A DNA stretch of 64,000 nt from Tubiluchus corallicola (taxonomy: Eukaryota; Animalia; Priapulida): NCBI GenBank assembly GCA_030141605.1, contig JAQGDQ010000033.1:372001-436000 (forward strand), given 5' to 3'. The notes below the pieces were generated by a model that was not told the DNA's origin, did not search any database, and saw nothing but the letters and a program-made list of their open reading frames with translations. A program made the position numbers and the translations under genes. Shown here piece after piece: positions 42,001 through 53,073 of the stretch. The first letter of the stretch is position 1, and each line of letters starts with the position of its first letter.

Positions 42001-42887
42001 AAAGCAGTAGTTGAAGCAGCACCAACAGAAGTTCCAACAGAGACAACAACTGAAGAACCAGTAGAAACAGCACCAACAGAAGCTTCAATAGAGGCAGCAA
42101 AAGAAGTACCAACAGAAAGTTCCATGGAAAAAGAATCCCAACCTCAAACAGAAGCCACTACGGTTTCTTCAATAATTCCAATGACATTTTGTTGGACGGA
42201 TCCTGCAACAGAAGTGCTTCTGTGTGGTAGTTTTACGGGTTGGGCACAAGTAACATTGAAATCTGAGTAAGATACTTTCTGTCTATAATATTTACTGCAA
42301 ATTCAAAAATATATTTTAAAACTTTCTCTCGATTTCCATTGTATTTTAAATTATATTAATCACAATAATTTTCTCTTTATTCAGAGAAGGAAAATTTAGT
42401 GTTACACTTGATGTTCCAAAAGGAGATCACCGGTATAAATACATCGTAGATGGAAAACCTATAGCAAAGTTGGATGAGGTAAAAATATAAATACAATTGT
42501 AAAATTATTGCACAAAATGAGCTCTGCTATTTTTATGTATTAATAAATTTGCAAATCTCGAAAAATTAAGGAAGTTTTATTTTAATCCCGGTGTCATCAA
42601 ATTTTTATTTGTTCAGTAAAACTTTTTTCGTGATTTAGAAAGAGAGTATGCAAGTTTCATTATATATTCTACGATTGGTAAACTTACATAACATCATGAA
42701 TTTGAATGTCATTGTGCCTAATCCATTAAGAAACAAAGCTCTCTATATTTTTTCTTAGCAACAAAATAGGCGAGTGAACATTTGTTTTTGGTAATTAGCT
42801 AGATTTCAAAAAAGCTTGTTTTTTCTATAGCCAACCACGACAACTGAGCTAGAAGGTATATGCAACACGCTGTCGGTGTCTGGATAG
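39059..42887 (+). CDS. ~1042-aa acidic Glu/Ala/Pro/Thr/Val repeat protein with a C-terminal AMPK-beta-type glycogen-binding (CBM48) domain
   Basis: Exons 39059-39112 (MSEQIQEPTPEAKKSEAK), 39343-42266, 42385-42478 and 42831-42887, all GT-AG and phase-consistent (3129 nt). The spliced C-terminus PMTFCWTDPATEVLLCGSFTGWAQVTLKSEEGKFSVTLDVPKGDHRYKYIVDGKPIAKLDEPTTTTELEGICNTLSV aligns by eye with the AMPK-beta GBD (PTVFRW..EVYLSGSFNNW..LDLPEGEHQYKFFVDGQW..EP..TSQLGTVNNII.V). AATAAA at ~43263. An acceptor just before the ATG implies an upstream UTR exon. Confidence 0.88.
40437..41197 (+). repeat. Coding tandem repeat, 264-nt (88-aa) unit, ~2.9 essentially identical copies
   Basis: GTAACAACTGAAGCATCAGTAGAAGCAGGGCC recurs at 40441, 40705 and 40969. 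Confidence 0.93.
41515..41935 (+). repeat. Second coding duplication (225-nt and 192-nt copies; the first has an internal 33-nt duplication)
   Basis: APKEVP.EVATETSAETTPTEASAEVTTEVP.EAPAEV...APVELAP starts at 41515 and again at 41740. Confidence 0.85.
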
Positions 42888-45346
42888 AAAAAAGAATGTC
42901 TTCCGAGTGTACTTATGTTAAGAATTCCATTTTGGTTCATCAGGAATCTGGACAGGCTTTTCAATGCAAAAAACAAGTCTGATGCCTATACAAAGCCTCA
43001 CGCCGTTATCGTACTGCGTACGTTCGAAGAGTTTTTAATAGGTTTTATTTATTTATTACTTTATGAACGAACTAAAGGTATAGCTGACAAAGATTTATAA
43101 GTCTACAGGATAGCTTTAATTATGATACAGGAAACAGTAGATGATATCTCTAGATCACGAACATTGTGAGTTGAAATAAGTTTGGCGTGAATATTACGTT
43201 TTAATATTGAATCTAACTTTTACGTGCAAAAACGTCAAACTGCAGGATATATGCTATCAAGAAATAAAGCTTTTCCCTTGGCGAATTTATCGACGAATGA
43301 AGTTTTTTCAAAGAAGTGTCACTTGCAACTAGACTAACATATCAAATTAGCTTTAGCGGATTGCACACGTAGAGATCCTGCAGGCGTATCATACTCCGTG
43401 ATAGGAACTTTGTTAGAGACAGGTGCGTCAAACATATTTTTGCCTTTTGCACATCACCCGAGGACAAAACTGCTCTCGAACTCATTACTCGCTCTCAAAA
43501 CAAAGCAATGGTCTTGAAAAAAAAATTAACTTCGTCGTGTGCAGTTCAGCGCTTAAGTTTTTAAAGCAACGGGAATTAATTCATTTTAAAGATGCAAAGT
43601 ACACTGTTTATTGATCTCAGTTGTTGGATTCCTGTAACATTCTCCATGGTAGTCAGCTGGTCTGCTAATGTTGAGGAATGCCACAGGGAACAACACTGGC
43701 GCCATCATTCTTAATTTACTTTTTACTTTTGGTTAGGAAGCAAAGTGATGTAGCGATGTTAGTACTGCTAACTCCTTGTAAGCAGAACTTATTTTTTTAT
43801 AAAATTCCAAAAAAACAAATTTGTAAGATCCGTCTAGTTAGAAAATTTATAATACTGTAAATAATATTAAATCCGATGTTCGAACTAGTATGTAGAAGTT
43901 TAGGTTGGACTCGGCTCAAACAGCGTTACTTGAGAACTTGCAAACAGTGAGGTTTTGCTATAGTGTTGTAAGGAATATTTCTCTTTCTGGCTAACTATTA
44001 TAGGTAGTTGCAAAAGAGGTGACTATTTGTAGTGTGGCATTTAAGAGAAATCAAGAAATCGTGTAGTCATTAAAAGGAAGAAGGTCTTTTGTTACATTTA
44101 CCATTATACCATGATGTAACATACACTCTACGATGTTAATGAACTAATTACTCGTGCAAAGTTTCTAAGCGTTTTAGCATTCTGTTGTAGTTAAGCAAAT
44201 CATGTTGTTTCTTGTTTAGTGATGCGCTACTGTTTTTGTATGTCTGTACAAATAATGTACTTGTGAGGATAGCCAAAATTAAGTAATGTTCACAACTGTT
44301 GTGAGAAGCCTATTTAAGTTTTCTTACTCTACATTATATGGAGAAAAATTGCTTGTACAGGCATCGCAACACGTTTAATCTAATTAGTCTGTAATAAACT
44401 TAAGTTTGTACCAAGACCCAGTGCGAAATTGTATTTATGGGAATTGATTTTAGGCAGCTGTATGGCGTTTTTATTGATCTTAGAGCGTTCAGTGTTTTCG
44501 CTGTTCACGTGAGAAACTAAAAAATATCAGTTTATTCAATGAAACGTGAATGTTTTAGCGTGTTAACGATTTGGTGACTAAGTGAATGGATTGGTGTTTT
44601 TACCACTTGTTTGTCTGGATAAGCAAACAGACTCATTTTTTGGATGAGCTACATAGTCCCATATATGCAGACTATGTGAATGCTGTAATAAACACAAACA
44701 AAACTATGTAATACATATAACTTAATTTAATGCATATATTAAGATTAACTACTGACTGTATAACCACGTTTTATAAGGTAACTGCTTTTTTGTTAATTAG
44801 CCTAAGGATTCTGTAAAAATCTGTTTGGTATAAAAAACATAATTCGAAGAAACATTTTTAAGCCAGAAGTGTTTTGAGATCGGATTTCAAAAATAAATAT
44901 ACACAGCTGATCAATGGAAAATATCAGTTGTTGTTTTATGTTTGGGCTTAACTAGTTTAGAATTAAGAAAAGCATTTAACAGCGTGGATTGTTGATATTG
45001 TCATATATATAAATTATTTTGCCTTGTTATTTTACAGTTGTTTTTGTCATGATGTTTACTGTCAATGTTTACGTTTGTATGTTATACGTTCTGATTAATG
45101 AAGCGCGTGCATCTTATTCTAATTAATTATAACTATTCTTGACTTTTTTGTGTTTACTATTGTATAAAAACCTTTATAAAGTTGTTATGTAACAATATTA
45201 TTGCAATCTTATTATTACCTTGAAGATGTGCCAATAAATGAACAGGATTTGGCACACGCTGTTTTAATCATTGCTTTGTTAAAACAATATGCCTAAAAAT
45301 TGTCTATAGAGGGCAGTGTTAAAGTGCAGTTCATTATTCTTTACAC

Positions 45347-45583
45347 CAGTGGTTCCCAAAGTAGGGGTAAATTACCCCCCGGGGGTAATATGTTTTTTTT
45401 TTGGGGGGGGGGGGGGTAACGGGCACCCCTCTGAAAATTTTTAAACTTCGCTCGGAATGCATTTTACGTAGTTTCCTTACGTGTTTACTTTTTGAGTTGG
45501 AGAAGTAGTACTAGGTGGGGGGTAATGGACACGACCGGGTTTCCCGATTTGGGTAACGGTCCGAGAAAGTTTGGGAACCACTG
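45347..45583. mobile_element. hAT (Charlie-like) MITE, 237 bp
   Basis: TIRs CAGTGGTTCCCAAA / TTTGGGAACCACTG; perfect 8-bp TSD CTTTACAC (45339-45346 and 45584-45591). Confidence 0.92.
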
Positions 45584-48500
45584 CTTTACACAATAACAAA
45601 TATTTTAGTATAATGGTGTGATAAACTTTTATTATTATAATCAGTAATAAAAATGTCAGAGTGTAAAAAACTGTTTGCATTTATTCACCTTTTCACATGC
45701 ACGTAGTTTAATGTTTTCACAAGAGTTTTTTTACAAGAAACCGCCTTATAATCATCAACATGTGCAATAAGAAACTTTAATGAGAATTTCAGGCAACACC
45801 TCTTTGGCCTTCCCAAACTGCGTAAATATATCAAAATTATAATACTTGCCGAATCAGGCGCACTTTGGCAACTCTACGTCGCGGATTCTCAGACTTTTTC
45901 TAAAAGTTGAAACCTCATTAGCTGAAATCAGGGATGTTTCAATTAAGGGCTTAGTGACGTCCACACTACTTTTTGGGTCCACTGAATTTACGCGCTAACC
46001 ACAGCTTTATAAAATCCGCAAAATAACCAGTTTAAGCGAAATACACTACATATGTATAGTACTGTATACAGTTTACATGCAAAATGTGTACCACAGAACC
46101 TACCCCAGGACAATTGCTTTTTTCATATATACAGTACGTGGATGTAGTGAAAAACTATCCGTCATAAGATCACTACTTTTACTTCTATATTTTAAGTCCT
46201 AGTTTTTAATCACACCAGCATCCTAACGAGGAGCTAAAAAGAAGAGAGCGAGCAAATGTCCGGGTGAGCCTCAGCATTTCATTTCAAATATAGCCAGTTG
46301 TCGACTTACAGCGACATTTGGTTCCAATTGATCGACAAACCGACTGACGGAAATTTATGCCCCCTTCGCTTTTCGTTTGTTGTTGCAGTTTAGATTGATA
46401 ATACCAACATAAGTTGTCTATTGCTTAGGATGAATGACACTTTTGTGCTTACCTATTTTGCAGATGTTTAACTGGGCTTTAATCGCTGATTCAATAGGAT
46501 TCGTTTGCATAAATCCAGTAACCATGTGAGTCATGTGAGTCATGCTTGCAATGTGCGGCACAGATAAAAAAGTAGAAACCCCAATAAATTCAGCATAATG
46601 ATTATTCCAAGCTATATGCCATGTACGTACATTATAGACCTGAGCGACCAAAAACAACAACATGAAAACAATAAACATGATTATACGTGTAATATCTTAC
46701 GTGACTGTATAAAGAGCTTAAAGCTGTGCAATTTGATCGAGTATTAAAAAAAGCATAATTTTAAGAACACCACCAGAGAAAAATGTCCAAGATTATGATT
46801 TTTGACTGCCAAATTAAACAGTAAAAGTGAATTTGTCGATCACTCGATGAATTTTGTTAAGGCTAATCTAATTTATGATGATGAAAGGTGAGCTGTAGTT
46901 TAAAACTTTGTAGGTTTCAATAGCAAACATTCATACATAGTACGAGTTACACACATATATATATATATAATAGTGCCGTAGTAAGCTGTCACCGGTGACA
47001 CACAAAATTGCTGCAATAATTTGGTTTCAGTTAATTCATTGCAAATACATACAAACAAATGAAGCAATACAGGAAATGTTATAAAAGTTACATCATTATC
47101 ACTGCACCGTCTTACGAGCACATATCATCCTGAGTATCTAGTATAATGCATACTCTGAAGTTCAATAAATTGTTGATATAGACCATTTATATATTTTGGC
47201 ATACTATATAGACGTATTTTGCGCATACATTTTATTGCATATTAGTCGACTTTTGCATAAGTTGGTTTTAGTTGCTGTGTCATAACGTGTAATACACGTT
47301 TATTATGCAGTTAAATAATTGTCTTTAATATATAATTTGAGCATAATTCGCAGTACAATGACGCAGTGAGAAAGAATTATTATGCCTTATAGTTACACTC
47401 TTTAAACCTATAATATCAAAGTACATGTGACAGAAAATTACAACATACAATTAGTAACATCGCGGTAACACATAGACATGTACTTACGGGTTTCATAGTA
47501 CAAAATGCGCTACACAAGTGTCGTTCTTTGCATCTCCACCAGTAACAGGCAAGCTAGATTTAAACTGTATAACTTATCATAATGATAAAATAATCCTGCA
47601 ATAATAATTAAGAAACATCCATCATCAGCCTGCTTATATATATCTCTGAAACTTTGATGCAATATTATCATTAGGAAACTGCATGTAAATAAGAGTAATT
47701 TTACAAAAAAATAACTGTCATAATATCATCAGTTTAGGTTGAACACAAATGAACTGTTGCCGTACTTTCGCACATTTTTACAATTAAAATAGACTTACAC
47801 AAGACAAATATATTTACAGTTGTAACATGCTACCAATACATAAAATCATTAAAAAAATATTGCTTTTACTGATTACAAGAATAGGCCATTCAGCGTAGAT
47901 CGTTTTACAAGATTGATATCTCTAACTTTTATAGGCTAATAATAACGTGCACACACAGTATGTTTGGCATTTGTTGTTCGTAGATCTTGATTTTTCAAAC
48001 AGGAAATAAAGATCCCAAATAGCAAACATTACCTGTGCTTATATCCTACAAGGGTTATTTCACAATAAAATACGGATTTTGATAATAATAGTTAGTACAC
48101 TATTAATTATCATCGTATGCCATTAATATAAATAACCCAAACTCCCGAAGCCACATTCCTACAGCATTGGCGCATGCGCATCTAACACCTGCTATGACAC
48201 TTCCAAATGTTCAAAACTACTCTGGGATATCTGTTTTGCATACAAAGGTGATACTGACAGGCAGTTATAACCATTCTAGTTCACAAACTAATTTCGTTTC
48301 AAGTATATATTAGAAAAATTTATAATCGTTGTTTTACAAAAAATGACCACTCTCTTATTGGTAATAATGTAATTATTGTATAGGTTACTATAACATTATA
48401 ACCTTCTAATAACAAAAATAACTTTATGGAAACAGTTTAACGCAATGTGGTCTTTAGAAGGGTATCGCCAAAGCACCTGTTTAATGAAAATGATCGTTGA

Positions 48501-48689
48501 AATCGTTTTGTTTTTGTTAATTCTTTGCACTAGTGACGTTTTTATTTATAATTTCACAAACGTATGCTAATATTGAAGCAGGATGTGGTATATCAAGTCT
48601 GAGTGCTGGAGAACCTACTAAACCTAATCTTAAAGGCTCATGCCTTTAATGTAATGCTGCAGATAATGTGACTTGGGACTTCTTTATGG

Positions 48690-51600
48690 TCAGAATTTTT
48701 TATTATCTTTTCTGAGCGCATGTTGCGCTACAAACTGTGCAGTGACCATTTCCTGAAGAAGCAATGGAATTGTTGTATCGTCTTTCAACTGAAATAGATG
48801 GGCCACACCTAGACTTGAGACATAGCGAACCAGTGGCATCATAAGAAGCACGCGAGACATGCGAAACCTGTCTCTAAATGAGTTTGTCGTCACAGCTTCG
48901 TGAAGAGCTTCTAGTATTTCCGTCTCCATTTTGTGTATTTGTTGTGTGTCCTCGATATTTTGAGTTTCTGCAAACAGTCATACATGCAAAGTATTGAAAA
49001 CGTAGGTGTAAGCAAAAATATAATGGCTGAGGGTTAAATATAAGAATTTAGAAGACTTACGTGATGTCACCAGTGACAAGGCTTTGAGGCAAATCAGTTC
49101 TTCGCGAGATAATCGCAAATTATCGAATTTGGCGATAATTGTCATCAAAATATCACCCATTTTTTCTATACCAGCAAGCTTCAATGTTGGCCTAAAAATA
49201 CAAAAGTATAATGCTTATTAAAATATTCACACGTAAAATCGAAAGAAGAATATTGCTGATTAGTATTGAACTTGAAAAATTACAAATTTTGTTTAGTAAC
49301 AACTTGGAAATAGTTGGCTATGTTAGGGTGGGGCTTTTACAACTTTCGTGTTAAAGCACAACTTTTGAAATCAGTAGTAATCAAGGGCGTATCAATACAT
49401 TACGATGCCCCTGGCTGACAGTTCAATCCCGCCCATGTCCTTTACGGATTTATGGCATCTATATATGAATTCCTTAAACAAGTTGTTTGTGGTTTATTAG
49501 TAGTACTGTTACCTATGTGGTTATTGTTAATTACATATATTTGCATACTGCATAGCGCTTATATTTAAAGCAAGTGTAGCAACTGCTTTTGGTGTGGTAT
49601 CCTTTATGAAATCTGGTGTCCTCAAAATTTGGTGCTTTGGCTATAGTCTAATTAGACTATCAGCGTATTGTAAAATACTTGCCTGGCAGTAATTACTGCA
49701 AGAATCATGAAATCTACTTATACTATACATTGTCACTTGCCAGAGTGATATCAAACTAAATGAAGCTTCTATGTTTTATAAGCCTGTACAAGTCTATAAT
49801 ATAGCAGGCTCACCTGTCTAAAATAAAGTCTGAAGAATAAGCAATCTTTTCTCCGTGATAAGGAACTGAACGGAAGCACTGTTCGTAAGTCATTAATTCC
49901 ATCCATGACATTTCCAATAAACTTACCTGGTCATTAAGAGGCAGTTCCGTATAACCTGTAAAAAGTGCAAAACGTGTAGATTTTGGTGTACATAAATCAC
50001 GTAGTTTATAACAGTACAGGGTTACACTAATAACTCTAACAATAGTACGATCTGTTCAACGATTTTTCTCTGCCAAGATATACAAGAAACTCGAAAATTT
50101 AATTAATTAAGTTAACTGATAATTTAATTTAACTGATATTAAATCAAATTAAATGATAATATGTAACATAAAGACGCTGTTAATAATTAACTTGAAAAAT
50201 TAAGCTGTTCTCACAGATAACAGCTTGTCTTGCAGATAAACAGTTAACTTATGTATGTTAATGATTAGTTAAGCCTTAAGCACACAGACATGAAAAACAC
50301 GAAGCAAAGATAGCTAATTTAAGAAAAAAATGAAATACAGAATACCGAAAACGTTATTTTCTGAAACAGAAAACAAGTGTTTCGTGAAAGAGATACTATT
50401 TGATTCGCGACAACAAAAGCAAGTGTTTGACCTACCTGCGGTGTGCGTTATCAGGTGCGGAGCGACAGCGGCTCATCAATCAATCAGTGATCGATAGTTT
50501 GGCTTTTTGATCAGGAATGATACAGTTAAGATTTTGTTTCGCGGGCGTTTTTTGTTGTTCGCAAGCTAGGCTTTACAATTTACACTTTACAGTTGATTAC
50601 AAAGTGTTTTCTTCAGTATTATTATAACTACAAACAAATAACTTTGTCACTTTTGGCAAATGCCATCAATCGAAAACATATTTTACTCGAAACTAAATAA
50701 CATTATATCATAACTAATTAGTAAATACATACCTGGGACATGCTTAGCCCAATTAATAGTGAATATAAGTTCCCTGTCGGCTAATTTGGTTATAGTGTCC
50801 ATGATGTTAGTTTCAGACGGGGGCACAGAATGGTCATGACCTGCCAGACCTACTGTGTAGTCACACTCCATCATGGCTTGTATGAAAGGATTCAAACACG
50901 AAGGTGGCTCACGTTTTATTTTGGTACAAGTTTCTGTACCATCAATAATTTTAGTTCCAGGTCGTTTTATTTTGGCTTTGAAGATGCTATGTCTGTTTAC
51001 TTCTCTGCGTATACCTAATGTAAGACGTAACAAATAATCATTTAAAAAATAGAAATGCGCGAGTCCTTTTATTCATCTTGATATGTAGCAAAGAACTACT
51101 GTAAACTTTACTCAAGTCAATCATTCAAGTAATGTAAATTTGCAATGCCAGATACAACATTAAAACCATTTACTTGTAAATAAACGGATTAAACGGATTA
51201 GTAACAAATATAATCATGAGAAAAACCACTTTTTGGCTATTTGTTTTGACATGGTACAAACACAAAGCACATTCAAACGTAGCTAAAACACCCCTGTTAC
51301 TGCAGCGCCTCATCCTAGAAGCTCATTCGAGATAACGACGTAGATTCTGGCCTGGTCACAATCATTAACATAATTAAGGCCTGAACAAGCTGCTGATGCT
51401 TCGGCAAAACGTATTTTGGCAAGGGAGGTAGTCTCATTTCTAACAGAGCGTATATAGGTTTTTTTTACTTTGAATCATGACATACTACGTTCACATACGC
51501 TAATGTTACAGCACCGTTCGAGATCTGCGGCCCTGGGGAAGGCAACGGACATACTGCTCCTATACTCCAGACAAATTCCTTTCATGAGCCTCAAAGAAAT

Positions 51601-53003
51601 CGTGCGCCGGAACATCACAGTTTACCATTTTAAAAACTACTAATTCATACCAGGTTTAACTGTTCTGCTCATTCCAACATCTAAGCATTTGCGGAGTCTA
51701 CAAGCTTGGCAGCTCTTTCGTCTATGCTTGTCTATTGTACAGGTGTTTGTAGCTGGACATACGTAGTCTGTTGGACCTGCACAACAAGCCACAAAATGAA
51801 CATTAATTTTTTTACTAATAAAAAACTGACCAGTTGGGTAGTACGCATGATGAACTGGAGCCAGTGGAGTGTGAGAAGAAATAAGAAAAAATGAGCAGTA
51901 AGAAAAGTGGGAAACTAGAGAGACCGGAAAACCATGCTATGGAGAATTAAGCAGTAAAAAGTGGGCAATAAGCCATACAAATTGATTTTTGTTCAAGCAT
52001 TCTTCATTAATCTGTCTAGATCGACTAGATCATTCGTAAACACATCAGAAGGATGAGCAATGAACTATACAAACTTGTGTCGAGAATGCGCAAATACCAT
52101 TCGTCAATCCGACAGCATAGCCTATAAAATTATACTATTATAAGATCACGTATTGACCATTATATGTCGTGGTCAAATAATCGCATGTCGCCAATCTTTT
52201 TTTCTATCTTTTGCATTTTTTTGTACAGCTACTCAAGCAAATGTTTTTATCTTTTACGGTTTTGTATCTCCTTTCATTTCATTATCTTTCTCCCTTATTT
52301 CGTTTATTTATTTATTCAAAAACTCATCAGTCACGCATCCCTATATAAGATGACAGTAACACAGACAACTAAAACGTTCAGCGATAATAATAGTGGCAAT
52401 GGCAGTGGCTAAAGGGGCGGTGACGACGACAAAAATGACAATACCGTATAGATGTCGTTAAACAACACTGTTTAAATGGACCTGTAGAGATAAGAGACAA
52501 ACCAGCGAATAAAGATTAGTGAATAATATAAAGAAAAGAGGAAAAGTGAATGAAGCGAACGAAAAGAAAAATACAGAAAGAAGAAAGAATGAGGAAAAGT
52601 CATACATGAGCACTAGCTTCTCGTGAAGTTCAATTTTCCACTGCCAAAAATTCTGTTGCACAGTTCTTCACTCCAAGTTTTAGACTGACTAGTTTATATA
52701 AACTTTTGTGAACAAAATCAGCACAATTGGTTATTTAATCAGACATATAACCTTTTCGGTCTCATCATAGTCAAACATTTATATGGAAATTGAACAACAG
52801 TTTCTTTACCTACATTACCCTGGATACTACGCTTAAAGAAAGCTTTGCATCCTTCGCAAGACCAAGCACCATAGTGAAAACCTGAAGCGTAATCATTGCA
52901 CACTTGACAATACCTGCATGGAAAAATAAACAGATGTTTTATTATTACCTGTCGGGTCGTTGTCATCAGCATCATCATATCATCATCACCACCACCACCA
53001 TCG

Positions 53004-53073
<70 letters not shown>

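Noticed and set aside
39278-42125. Long antisense ORFs (793, 483, 232 and 174 aa)
   Set aside because: Shadow frames of the GAA/GCA/CCA/ACA-biased sense repeat exon; no independent evidence
39059-42887. Calling the gene AMPK beta (PRKAB) or a mucin
   Set aside because: The stop follows the CBM48 directly with no alpha/gamma-binding domain; no Gly2 myristoylation start; no signal peptide or TM segment
50832-50841. GGTCATGACC palindrome as an autoregulatory ERE
   Set aside because: Zero spacer rather than 3 bp, and it lies within coding sequence (GHD codons)
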